From: Antedon mediterranea
Taxonomy: Eukaryota; Animalia; Echinodermata
Length of the DNA stretch: 64,000 nucleotides
NCBI RefSeq assembly: GCF_964355755.1
Contig: NC_092675.1
Location: forward strand, 11,651,812 to 11,715,811
Reading direction: 5' to 3'
The position numbers and the translations under genes were made by a program. Shown one piece after another: positions 51,770 through 64,000 of the stretch. Numbering within the stretch: position 1 is the first letter of the stretch; each line of letters starts with the position of its first letter. Below the pieces are notes generated by a model. It had not been told where the DNA came from. It did no database searches and worked only from the letters and a program-made list of their open reading frames with translations.

Positions 51770-53005
51770 TTACACAGCTATTTAATTGCTATTATTTGCT
51801 ATTATTGCTGTATCAGGTATAGCAATTATACAGCTATTTGTTTGCTATTATTTGCTATTATTGCTGTATCAGGTATAGCAATTACACAGCTATTTGTTTG
51901 CTATTAATTGCTATTATTGCTGTATCAAGTATAGCAATTATACAGCTATTTGTTTGCTATTATTTGCTATTATTGCTGTATCAAGTATAGCAATTATACA
52001 GCTATTTGTTTGCTATTATTTGCTATTATTGCTGTATCAGGTATAGCAATTATACAGCTATTTGTTTGCTATGATTGCTGTATCAGGTATAGCAACTATA
52101 GCAGCTATAGCTGAGGTTTCAGGCAAGTGACCAATGTGTCACAGTAGGATAGTGATAGAACAGCAATAGCAATTACACAGCTATTTGTTTGCTATTATTT
52201 GCTGTTATTGCTGTATCAGGTATAGCAATTAAACAGCTATTTGTTTGCTATTATTGCTGTATCAGGTATAGCAATTATACAGGTATTTGTTTGCTATTAG
52301 TTGCTATTTTTGCAATATACACAGCTATTTGTTTGCTATTAATTGCTATTATTGCTGTATCAGGTATAGCAATTACACAGCTATTTGTTTGCTATTATTT
52401 GCTATTATTGCTGTATCAGGTATAGCAATTACACAGCTATTTGTTTGCTATTATTTGCTATTATTGCTGTATCAGGTATAGCAATTACACAGCTATTTGT
52501 TTGCTATTAATTGCTATTATTGCTGTATCAGGTATAGCAATTATACAGGTATTTGTTTGCTATTAGTTGCTATTTTTGCAATATACACAGCTATTTGTTT
52601 GCTATTAATTGCTATTATTGCTGTATCAGGTATAGCAATTACACAGCTATTTGTTTGCTATTATTTGCTATTATTGCTGTAAAAGGTATAGCAATTACAC
52701 AGCTATTTGTTTGCTATTATTTCCTATTATTGCTGTATCAGGTATAGCAATTACACAGTTATTTGTTTGCTATTATTTGCTATTATTGCTGTATCAGGTA
52801 TAGCAATTACACAGCTATTTGGTTGCTATTATTTGCTATTATTGCTGTATCAGGTATAGCAATTACACAGCTATTTCATTGCTATTATTTGCTATTATTG
52901 CTGTAAAAGGTATAGCAATTACACAGCTATTTGTTTGCTATTAATTGCTATTATTGCTGTATCAGGTATAGCATTTACACAGCTATTTGTTTGCTATTTA
53001 TTGCT
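51770..53005. repeat. 56-bp GCTAT-rich satellite abutting the right TIR
   Basis: Unit gctattatttgctattattgctgtatcaggtatagcaattacacagctatttgttt, ~20 copies. Confidence 0.95.
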
Positions 53006-53967
53006 ATGACCAATCCTGCGCCTTAGTGGCGAAATGCGAGAAAAACAACGTCTGTAAAATCACCAATTTAATGGATTTATTGTTACTTTTATGTGATTTT
53101 TCTTCATTAAAATAGGCCTACTAATTCTAAGCTGTGGTATTCAGGATAAAGTTGGTTAAAATACAAGGCATGTGCAAAAGGAAACTAGCCTAGCGGGTCT
53201 AGGCCTAGGCTACTTCAATTTCGGTGATTTCCTGCCTTGCAATTTTGAGAAATGATAAAATGATGCCTCGCATTTTTTGATGATGGTAAAACGATGCCTC
53301 GCATAAATTTCTGACTTGCCTCGCTTGCCTCGCATGCCTTCCCTGCCTCGCGTGCCTCGCTGCCTCGCACTTTGTTACTACCCCCCTGGCAGACCCCTCT
53401 AAAGTTAGTCTGGAGACCCTCTTTCCCCAACTAGCCCAGCTTAGATATTGTAGATACCACCATCAACCAATGTTATATGATTTAGCACATTGTAAGCAAT
53501 CACCAAATGACCTATTACAAACTATCTGTACACTGCCTTGGCCCTGGCAGACCCCTCTAAAGTTCGACTAGAGACTCCATTCCCCCAACTGGCCTAGCTT
53601 AGATATTGTAGATACCACCAGCAACCAATGTTATATGATTTAGCACATTGTAAGAAATACCAAATGACCTTATTACAGACTATGTACACTGCCTTGGCCC
53701 TGGCAGACCCCTCTAAAGGTAGACTAGAGACTCCATTCCCCCAAATGGCCCAGCTTAGATATTGTAGATACCACCAGCAACCAATGTTATATGATTTAGC
53801 ACATTGTAAGAAATACCAAATGACCTATTACAGACTATCTGTACACTGCCTTGGCCCTGACAGACCCCTCTAAAGGTAGACTAGAGACCCCTTCCCCCAA
53901 CTAACCCAGCTTAGATATTGTAGATACCACCAGCTACCAATGTTATATGATTTGGCACATTGTAAGC

Positions 53968-54118
53968 ATTTAAGATCACATTGTATTACAACCCCTAGTA
54001 ATTTTAAAGACTCGACCACTTCGATGAAATGGTCATTAAGTGTAAAAATTGGTTGCGGTGTGTGGCCATGTAAAAAGGACACTCTCATAATATGACATTT
54101 ACTAGGTTTGGGGAGCAT
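53968..54118 (-). mobile_element. CR1/L2-type LINE RT fragment
   Basis: PKPSKCHIMRVSF...IEVVESLKLLGVVIQCDLK. Confidence 0.75.
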
Positions 54119-54534
54119 GCTATAGATATTGTAGATACCACCAGCAGCAAAAAAAAATCACCCAAAACAACATGTTTAATTGAATAAAGTTTAACTTTAA
54201 TCGAACTAACATGAAACAATTGAAAATATATCACATCAATGACGATAAAATGACCATTACCATTCTAAAGGGAAAAATAGTTTAAGAGTTTCAATTAAAA
54301 CTTATATATTATAAGCCAAATATATATAACAAGTATGGATTCGGGTAAATTTAGCATTCCTTGCCTTTGGATGTCAAAGATACATCCGTCTGTAACTCTT
54401 GCGACCTATTTTAAGAGAAAGCTTAGTAATCACCCTAATCAAATTAAGGATTGTAGTAACTTAATCAAAAGTGATTTGATTAATTAATAGTTGGTAATTT
54501 TAGATGCATGGTATCTATATATAAATTATGGTTA

Positions 54535-54834
54535 ATTCTGACATAGGCGAGCACAATGGAAAAACTTCGGGACAAATCTCCGCCTTGGATACCTACCTTA
54601 TCTTTCTCAGATGTACCGTGAAACGTAGATTTGATAACATTAGTTTCCACTATTACGATATTGTTCCATATTTCTATCTTAGGAATTCTGACATAGGCGA
54701 GCACAATGGAAAAACTTCGGGACAAATCTCCGCCTTGGATACCTACCTTATCTATCTCAGATGTACCGTGAAACGTAGATTTGATAACATTAGTTTCCAC
54801 TATTACGATATTGTTCCATATTTCTATCTTAGGA
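54535..54834. repeat. 150-bp near-perfect tandem duplication within an interspersed repeat
   Basis: Two copies of attctgacataggcgagc...ctatcttagga; single copy at 23.9 kb. Confidence 0.9.
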
Positions 54835-56639
54835 AGAAATTATAAAGGGTTTTATAAGAAAATTTCTGATTTCAATTGGTAAATTTTAACTCTACGCACG
54901 GTAGAAGTAATTTCCGGGTTCACTGTAAGGTGTGTCAATCACCTTGCAACTTCCCTGCATGATTGGATATAGAAGTACATAAAGATCAAATTAAATATAT
55001 TCATAAAACATAGGAGTATATTGTGGGAAATAAGTATATAAAATTACATCGAGAGAACTGATTATAAGAGCATTTGTCTGAAATCGAATGAAACCCCGAT
55101 AGCCGAGTTGTTGAGTAAGCTGCCAGTACTTATATATACTGTGCGCTATCTGTGTCCCGTTAGGACCCTGGGATACTTCTGCCCATGTTGCAAGCCATCT
55201 AAAACGTCTTCCTTCTTAGGCAAAATCGGCTCACTGTGTCGCAGAATAATGTATTAATTATACCAAGATGGTATTTATTTGAATAAATGCCCGGAACGCC
55301 TCCCCAATAACACATCAATTAAAATGATTAATGAGTAGATTTAGTTTTACGAATATCAAAAGCATTTCAATAATGGTAACCGACCAAAATCGTCCAGGCC
55401 AGAATGTCCTTCTAAAACTTCTTACCCGAGTCATTATCATTCCAAGAATCATCGTCTACACTTCCTAGAGGGGGAGCGAGCGATGCGAGCTCACCCTCTA
55501 GTTGATGTAATTAAAGATGTTTTAATCCAATTTTGGAGCTCCAGTTTCTTATCAGGAAAAATGTAAAAAGTATATCAATTAACATTTCAGGAAAAGTGCA
55601 GGAAGAATCAATTTGATTACATCATTTTAGTGAAGTGGTTTGGAGGAAAATGAATACAGTGCAATGAATTTCTGCTGTAATTTTTACTATTGTCCAAAGT
55701 TGTTTACATAGATAAATGTGCTTACTTACACTATAAAGTACAGGTTTATCAGACGCCATGTCATCTCTTGCTATTTCTTAAAGCAGCATTTGCATCATTG
55801 CTAGTTCAATGAGGTCTACTGTAATATGACTGGAATAATTGATTTGTATGTTCTCCAGATACTGAATGTACATTAATCCATTATCTTTTTCAATCCAGGA
55901 CATATTGGCAAGGTTAAGTGCAGGGTTCATTGTACAATTAGTGGCACAACAAGTCTTTCTTTTAGTTAAATTAGCACAGGAATGGTCATCTCTAAGAAAT
56001 TAAGGATCTTGATTCCTGATAGAAGATTAGGTAAGAGAACATTTTAGAATTGGTTTGGTCAATGTAGGCTACTCAATAATTAAATCTGATTTTTGATTAT
56101 TTTGACCTTTGACCCATTCTTAAGTGGCTTTGGCCTTGGATTTCAAACTTAAGAATTATGAATCCTTAATCAGTATGTTGAAAAGTATGTGTTGTGTGAA
56201 TTTCGTTGGATGTACTCAAAATGCTAATTAAATGTCTAATTAAGGGCGTTCTTAAGTTAATTTAGCACAGGAATGGTCATATTTAAAGATGTATTGTACC
56301 TTTGACTAATTCCAAAAAAAATGTTAAAAAAATATTTCGAAAAAAAGTGCGTCATTTTGAAGTATCATAATAGTTATTAACTTTCACCAAAAATTGGTCA
56401 AAAAAAAAATAATTTAACCGAAATACAGACATTTTTTTGTTCAAAAAATAACTTTGACTTCCAGTCAAAGTTTTCGATCAAAACATATCTCATGATGCAA
56501 CACGCTTGTTTGGCTACTCTGTATGCATAATCATAAAACTTCCTCGCGATCTGTGTGAAAACACCTTCTCAACCGTGACGAGTTGTAAACAATCCTAATT
56601 AGCATCATGCATAATGCATACTCGTGGTTTGAAATCTTT

Positions 56640-57700
56640 TTTTTTTTTTATCTTATGTGGGTTCATCCCACTTTTATTTCCATACATCTGTTCTCTTTAC
56701 ATATATTTTTCACTATACACTATACATATCATTATATTTACAATGTTTGTTTAATCATCTGTTTACATTTATTTAAAGAGTTTTATTCATTTGTTTACAT
56801 ATTATCACATTGATTACATAGCTTCCTCTTTTTAAACATATTATCTGTAACACATTTTCATTAACAAGCTTATTTTTTTCTTACATAGTTGGTTTTTTTT
56901 TTTTTTTCATCTACCACATTTTCATTTAACAATGCATATTCTCTGTTATACTCATTACTAAATGTTTACTGTTAACATGATATTGTTCTCATCCTTTAAC
57001 ATTAATATTAATATTTTTGTTCTTTAATGTTTACAAAACTTTTATTTCCAGCAGATTATCCTTTTTTTGCACTATAACTTCTTAATTTTCATTTAACTTT
57101 TTGGCTTTCTTCTCTTATGTGGATTCATTCCACTTTTTTTTTTTTACTTATTTTCTTTAAAAAAGCTATTTCCATATATCATTTTGTTTATACATACATT
57201 ATCATTTAACCACATTGATTACATAGTTTCCTCTTTTTATACATATTATCTATAACACATTTTCATTAACAAAGCTTATTTTTACTTACATAGTTGTTTT
57301 TGTTGTTTTTTTTCATCTATATGCATATTTATTTCATACAATTATAATACGTTTATGTTTACTAAATCCATCCCATGGGTTTGTCCCATTTTATTTTTCT
57401 TAAACATATTTCCATTTAAACAATGCATATTCTCTGTTATACTAATTACTTACTAACTTTTTACTGTTAACATTATATTTTCCTCATCCTTTAACATTGA
57501 TTTTTTTGATCTTTAAATGTTTACAAAATTTATTTCCAACAGATTATCCTTTTTTGCATCTACAGTATAACCCATCAAAGTTTCATTTAACTTTTTTTTT
57601 CTTATGTGGGTTCATTCAATTTTTTTTTTTTACTTATTATTTATTCTATTATTTTTTTATACATACATTATCATTTAACAACATTTATGTTTAATGATCC

Positions 57701-57732
<32 letters not shown>
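56640..57732. repeat. T-rich degenerate ~0.4-0.5-kb tandem duplication ending in a poly(A) run
   Basis: cacattgattacatag..., cagattatcctttttt..., cttatgtgg.ttcattc recur; poly(A) at 57704-57732. Confidence 0.65.
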
Positions 57733-59909
57733 CATAATAGATTCATCATACATGGTATCTCATTTACATATTTTCTTCCTGGTTGAGCATATACAGTATA
57801 CCTGTAGATTTACATATTTCTCATCTTTTTTTCAGATTTAAACATTCGTAGGAGATTGATTTTTTTTTCTTTTTCCAATAAACTTAATATCTTTACTTTA
57901 TAAATACAAAATGCTCCTAAAGTGTATAATTTATTTACGTAATTATTGTCAGTTTTGAAAGAAAAAACAGGAATATGTATGCTTACTGCTCTAATTATTT
58001 TGTTTATCTCTCTCCATAGACATTTTACTGTTATGCACTCTACTAACTTATGTTTATCATTCTCAATAACATTGCATGCATGAAATCTTTGTTTACTTTC
58101 GCTTGTGGCGATTTTCCAGACGAAATGTACTCAAATTAATTTACCGGTTAATTACGTAAACTTGTTTTTTTTGGCTCGAATTTTCGACTTAAAGTGAATA
58201 ACTTTAATATTACTTTGATATGGCCAATTTAAATTTAGAATATTTTTTTTTTCATTTTTTGTGTTTCAAGGGATAATACATCTTTAAGAATTATGGATAT
58301 TGATTCCTGATAGGTCAGAGAACATTTGAGAATTGGTTTGGTCCATCATGGAACTATCTTATATTATATTCCATGGGTCCATGTACTCGATATGCTAAAT
58401 CCAATTTTATTTTTATTTTTAGGGATAATTTGAGTGGTTCCCCCTTAAAATTGAACAGGACCCGTCACTTAAGAATTGCCATTTCTGGGTCCCATAGACC
58501 ATATCTACATACTCCACACCTCAAACCTTTTGTACTCAAATTGCTAATTAAAACCTTCTGGGCTCCCAGACTATTGTTTTTGTGCTATTTTGGCCATAAT
58601 TGCGCCAGCCTCTCTTAAGCCAAAGAATATATATCACAAGAATGAGTAATCCGCGATTTTTGCATTGGAAATTTGTAACAGAGTGGAGATGCCCGCCCTC
58701 ATAAGGGCGGATGTATAAATTGCAGTCTGAATATCAAAACATATAAAATATAATAATAAATTTAAACAATCGAGTATCAGTTAAGAATAAATTAATATAT
58801 AATGTATTTTCACCAAATACCAACGTTTATTTTTTTGTTTTTTTAATTAGTGTAGTTTCAAACGATCAAATGAATGGTTTAAAAGGAAATCGAGAAAAGA
58901 AGCAAAGTAATAAAGTATTGTGTACAGGAGGCCTATTATTTTCGACTCAACTTCCAGCACCTTGACACTTTTTATTTTTATACCAGCCCGGGTCAATATA
59001 GGTCAATTCATATTTTGTTGGGTTGTATGCTTAATATACAAACCATAATAAAAACTCATAAACACGTATGCATATCGTACATTACAAATGAGATATTTTT
59101 ATTAACTTTCTGTTTTTTGATGTACATTTCTTTTGTTCGGCATATGTTCTGTTATACAATTTGACAGCATAAAATAATCGTAATCTAACAAACAAGGAGA
59201 TTAAATCATTTTCTATACTTGGTGCACATAATTTTAAATGTTTATCAAATCCATTTAAGGTTCGCAGAATTCTCTTTTTTATGTTGGCTCGAATGTTTCC
59301 AACATGCAAATAATTATTGAAATATTTGATGAAAATCGTTTCACATACACTTACAATATTTACCAAATTATCAGTTGGTGTAACGAGTGACCAAAAGTCA
59401 GAACTAACATTATCATAAAGGAAATTAACAATTGCGACGGATCGTCAACAAAGCATGAATCTTTTTGAAGTGCAGATTTACAATGTTCACATTTATGTTT
59501 GCTTAAAATAACTTTGCTCAAATAACCACTTACATAAACAATACTGTTTTGCTCTGTTTGTTGATAATCCCTAATCCCCTGACATAAGGTATCTCCTAAT
59601 TCTTCTGTATCATAACAATACAGGTGGGACATTCTTAGACTTTGATTTTGCTTGAATAGGTAATTCTAGCATTTCATCCACATCGGGTTCACAGTTATGA
59701 TTGCCCAGCGGGATCATCATTTCATTACATTACATTAACATTACATTATATTAACCTGTTTCAACGCTGCCCTAAATTCATTTGCACTGGGATTGTACCG
59801 ATGCCCACCACTACCCTTGATAATAGAAAATAGGTTTTCTAAGCAATCTTGATTTAAGCGACTTGCCTCGAGTTTTCTTGTATCTTGTATCTTGTTAACA
59901 TAAATTTAA

Positions 59910-60535
59910 AGCCCCATTCCCTACGTTTTTTAGATCTAATTTAAGATCACAAACTATATTTAATGTAAAAATAATACTATATGATCCTATTGCGATAACT
60001 TTTTTCGTCTTTAAACGGTTAAAAATGTGAAAAATAAGTCGATTCTAATAATTATAGCGGCCCGCTATAAATCCCAAAATGCATTGCGCGCGGATTGATA
60101 TTTTTGTTTTTCACCTGTAATTCGCCCACTTTTCGATCGATCGTGAGGCCAAAACAAATGGAAGACTCCTAACTTTTCAGCGAAAATACCGGGTTTTCCC
60201 CAATTTGTATCAACGGAGTCTGACAAAAATAGAAAGACAATTAATGCAGCAAATATACAACGTCAGGCTAGGTATATAGGTAGCGTACGATGTTCGTACG
60301 TTACCGATGTTTACCAGCTAGGCCTACAAAACTAAGCCTAGCTAGGCTAGGCCTAAGACCGTCCACGAGAGGTCGATCGCCGCGAGCTACTTAGGTAGTG
60401 CATTGTTTCTCACTTTTTATCATAATTTACCATAAAACGTACATTTAAGACAAGGAATGACATGGTTTAATGTTTTTAAAGTGATATATATGTATTATTT
60501 TCCAAAAAACGTCCAAAATTGCAGGGAAGGGGTCT
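59910..60535. mobile_element. Kolobok-like MITE inserted in the P transposase
   Basis: TTAA TSD (59906-09, 60536-39); TIR AGCCCCATTCCCT / AGGGAAGGGGTCT. Confidence 0.75.
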
Positions 60536-61627
60536 TTAAAATTATAATTTACCTTGAGATCGTTAAATAATTGTATCATTGAATTCAAAGTTAATACCCA
60601 TCCATTTATGCAAGCAATTTTTAAAATAGACCCATCCTTCACTTTCCACGATTGTATCCACTCAATACATTCATTCCAAAATGGAATATGCAGTGAATTT
60701 TCAGTAACTGGCAATCTATATTTCACCTTATTATTAAAATTACGTGAGTTACAACTATCAAAGAGTTTGTAAAATTTATCAATAAATTCTGCAGGGTGAA
60801 CGGCCTCTGGTTTGATTTTACCAAGTGAAGCATATGTATAAATCCCTGAAGCCACACTATGTGTTTGGACGTTAATTTGGGAGCCATTCTTAAGGGTAGT
60901 TTTGAGTCGTTGTCATAAAACTTAACTATATGGTTCCATTTTATTTCATTTTCATTAATGACAAACACATGACGCTTTAAATTATTTCTTATATTTTTTA
61001 GAAGGTGCGATGGGTCATACATAAAAAATATTTTCTGCTTTTCATCAGTACCATCCATCCATTCTATGTAAGGCTTATTCTCATTAACCCCTAATTCATT
61101 AAACATTTTTCTGTTGTTTGACCCCTGGTCGGCTACAACAGCCTTAACGATGAGCCCAGTCCTTTGTAGCAAAGTAATGCACTCCTTTAATAGAATAATT
61201 TGTCTGTAACCTGACGTTGCCCCTACAGACAGAAAATAACCCAAAGGTTGTTTCCATTTTGTTTTCATCCTTCTAACCATGAAAACCAGGGCCTGAGTTG
61301 CAACTTTTTTGGTTCTTCCAAGATTGCCAAAATCTTCCATACCTTCAATTATATCTTTTTGGACATCATAATGTAGAGCACCTTTAATACTCATTTCATC
61401 AACCATTAATACACATACTTTATCCTCATCACTGAACATGCTGCAACGTGTTTTCAGCGATGTAAACGTTGCCTCGTTAAATCCTGGTTTCATATCTATT
61501 CCCCTCAACCACTTTCTTAAAGACTGGTCATGTGGTAATACAAAGATGTTGCGAAGAAATTTATAGGCTCTTGGACATTGGTAATGCAAAGCATTTTTTT
61601 GTGTAGCGTCTACCTGTCTTGCCATAC

Positions 61628-62509
61628 TATGGAACGCCGTTTACGCAACATTTCAATGATATGAATTTTATGACGCGATATGTGAATTAAATGCATCGAT
61701 AGGAATTGAATGGCGCGATATATGAATGAAATGTTTTGAATTGAATGCTTTGAATTGAATGTTTTGAATGAAATGTTTTGAATGAAATGTTTTGAATGAA
61801 ATGTTTTGAATAAATTGTTTTGAATGCAATGTTTTGAATGAAATGTTTTGAATGAAATGTTTTGAATGAAATGTTTTGAATTAAATGTTTTAAATGAAAT
61901 GTTTTGAATGAAATGTTTGAATTGAATTGAAAAGTCAAACTATTGGTGGCGTATGTCATTCTCGCTCGCAATTTTTTTCTCAACCTCTTAGGCCTAAGCG
62001 TGGGTACCCTCATCTCCTTTCCACGCTGCCTTTACAGAGAATCCTAACAGACCTGGGTTCGGAAATATGTATTCCAATGTTTCAGGTCTGTTAGGATTCT
62101 TTGTAAAGGATCCATATTGATGACAGCGTGGAAAGGAGATGAGGGTACCCAGGCTTAGGCCTAAGAGGTTAAAACAAAATCGCGAGCGGGAATGACATAC
62201 GCCGCCAATAGTTTGACTTTTCAATTCAATTCAAACATTTCATTTAAAACATTTCATTCAAAACATTTCATTCAAAACATTTCATTCAAAACATTTCGTT
62301 CAAAACATTTCATTCAAAACATTTTATTCAAAACATTCAATTCAAAACATTTCATTCAAAACATTTCATTCAAAACATTCAATTCAAAGCATTCAATTCA
62401 AAACATTTCATTCATATATCGCGCCATTCAATTCCTATCGATGCATTTAATTCACATATCGCGTCATAAAATTCATATCATTGAAATGTTGCGTAAACGG
62501 CGTTCCATA
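61628..62509. mobile_element. 882-bp near-perfect foldback element with 14-bp internal tandem repeats, inserted in the P transposase
   Basis: TATGGAACGCCG...CGGCGTTCCATA ends; arms ~400 bp containing (GAATGAAATGTTTT)n; inner hairpin at 62029-62110. Confidence 0.88.
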
Positions 62510-64000
62510 TGTACCTTTCGGCTTTCCTAAATACTTCTTCTATGCGATCACTTCATTTGGATGATGCTGCTTTTTCAAGTTGTTTTATTCGTGCTCGTAG
62601 TCTACATATTTTCACTCGATCTGCTGTATTCTTTCTATTCTCCTTTTTTCTCTCCCGTACAACTGACTCATTTGATTTACTAGAACTTTGGATCGATCCT
62701 AAAACCAATCCTAATACATTGTATTACAGGTAATAGTAAATACAACATTATCAGCACTTTACTAACTAAAACATTTGTCTTAAATGTAATACAATGCCGA
62801 AATGTGTGTAAGGCATACCAATAGACCACTATGGAACATTCAGTATGTGTTCAAACTGAACGATAAGATAAAGGTTATGTAATAAACAACTACCTTCATC
62901 AACTCGGTTAGTATTGCTGTGTATTGGTTCTTCATCTCTGATACAGTGGCGATGATCTGTCAAAGCTGCGCCTCCTGAACCAAAAAAAAAAAAGTTTTTT
63001 TAGTAATTGCTATAGAATTTTTTGAGGTTCGCTTTGACAGACCTACATTCCATTGACAATATAAAGTTCGAAAAATAATTTAAATTTGAAATGTATGAAA
63101 TATAATAATAAGATTATTGCAGCATAAGATAAGATAAGATATTGTCGTGATCACAACAAGGCGAACATGAGATTTGTTTTCCTTGATGCTTATATTAGTT
63201 ATTACACACACAATACAGAAAAGTATATAAAAAGTATAACACTTAACAGTAACTAGATTTAATTCGTCACTATGACGAATTATAGGTTATATGCATTGAT
63301 TTAAATAAAGATAATTGATTTTTAAAAGATATATTGATTGATTGATTTTCTCAGAATCTTTAATTATTTATAATATATGATAGGACCTTGCTAACGCGAA
63401 CACCATAGCCGGTATCACAATCCGATCAAAGATCCATATGCGTATAATGTCATAAACCACATTTGTTGTTACATAATAATAAAGACATAAGTAAATTTTT
63501 ATCTAGATTTCATTATAAATCATGTGTATAATCTATACACTAAGAAATAAATTTGAACAAACAATACGGATAATAAAAAAAAAATCTTATTTCGTTTCCC
63601 AAGGTGAGACTCGATCTCGGTACCTTGAATGCCATAGACACGAGCACAGACCACCGAGCCGTACACAACTGACTAAAAGTTGTAGAAAAATTCCTCCGTG
63701 TATTTACTATGCAGTAACCACTTTGATGCAAATAGATTATTACATACTGAAATGAATTATAATTTTTTACTATGATGACATCTTTAAAATGTATACAAAT
63801 GATGCACTGTCAAACTACATACTTTTAACTTTAATATATGAATTTTTGAAGGAAGAAAGTTAATGTTAAGTTTGTTATTTTGGCCTAAGAAAATGTCATA
63901 ATTTGTTTGATTGTCGAAATTATGTTTTTTTAATTTAATATGCAATTAATGATGACTTAATCAACTTTTGTTCTCTTAATTTGATAATAAATCATACATA

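Larger units (their letters stand above)
37519..53028. mobile_element. 15.5-kb KDZ (Kyakuja/Dileera/Zisupton)-derived TIR element filled with satellites
   Basis: 23-bp TIR GAGTAAAGCGCAGGATTGGTCAT / ATGACCAATCCTGCGCCTTAGTG; exact 8-bp TSD GCGAAATG (37511-18, 53029-36); KDZ transposase remnant inside. Confidence 0.8.
36838..53190. mobile_element. foldback element (same family as 18118-18805), right arm interrupted
   Basis: Left arm 36838-37105 mirrored by 37430-37518 joined to 53037-53190. Confidence 0.75.
36004..53383. mobile_element. Mutator-like element (outer shell of the nested cluster)
   Basis: TIR GAGTGTTGACAAAGTGCGAGGCA / TGCCTCGCACTTTGTTACTACCC; GCGAGGCA subterminal repeats; exact 9-bp TSD CCCTGGCAG (35995-36003, 53384-92). 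Confidence 0.85.
35840..54145. repeat. ~157-bp tandem repeat split by a 17.4-kb nested insertion (copies at 35840-36003 and 53384-53968, remnant at ~54120)
   Basis: Unit cagacccctctaaag...cactgccttggccctgg at 53390, 53548, 53704, 53861 and before 36004. Confidence 0.85.
59082..62974 (-). pseudogene. P-element/THAP9-like transposase, spliced and disrupted
   Basis: LHYQCPRAYKFLR, DEMSIK, WKQPLGYF, DQGSNN, YDPSHLLKNIRNNL, TSRLNQDCLENLFS...GG...NP, YVSGY...CEHC; putative upstream exons 62974-62894 and one starting at 62710; frameshifts and insertions. Confidence 0.9.

Noticed and set aside
43816-52747. Many repeated short ORFs (MAVYIWSDVFF..., ...LLFAIIAVSGIA...)
   Set aside because: Chance translations of satellite monomers; frames break at variable A-runs
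53021-53028. CACTA-superfamily assignment from the terminal CACTA motif
   Set aside because: The TSD is 8 bp rather than 2-3 bp and the internal protein has KDZ-type motifs
59082-61625. Domesticated functional THAP9 gene
   Set aside because: Frameshifts, deletions, a stop and two MITE insertions
61687-62530. ISFKTFHSKHFIQN repeat proteins
   Set aside because: Translations of the 14-bp repeats in the two foldback arms

Overview
AT-rich, repeat-dense animal genomic DNA, not prokaryotic. Deu/Nin-domain SINEs and Academ, Kolobok, DIRS and Penelope elements point to an aquatic invertebrate; the taxon is an inference. One host gene is present: PREB/Sec12 (WD40 Sar1 guanine-nucleotide exchange factor with a C-terminal TM helix) on the + strand. 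It has 9 phase-consistent GT-AG coding exons from 344 to the stop at 29212 (398 aa in window); the first exon lies upstream of the window. Its 16.4-kb intron (4573-20933) holds a decayed DIRS1-like retrotransposon whose gag is split in-frame by a 4,000-bp CCC...GGG (EnSpm/CACTA-type) insertion, plus Helentron-like elements, a piggyBac-like MITE and an Academ remnant with nested MITEs. Downstream of PREB is a four-level nested insertion: 157-bp tandem repeat > MULE-like element > foldback > a 15.5-kb TIR element with an 8-bp TSD. That innermost element carries a Kyakuja-Dileera-Zisupton (KDZ) transposase remnant and four satellite arrays, two with higher-order structure. The window ends with a broken, spliced P-element/THAP9-like transposase. 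Also seen: Penelope-type minimal hammerhead ribozymes, and a strongly enriched TA>TAGGCCTA micro-insertion that looks like a DNA-transposon excision footprint. All family calls come from motif recognition by eye; no database search was run.
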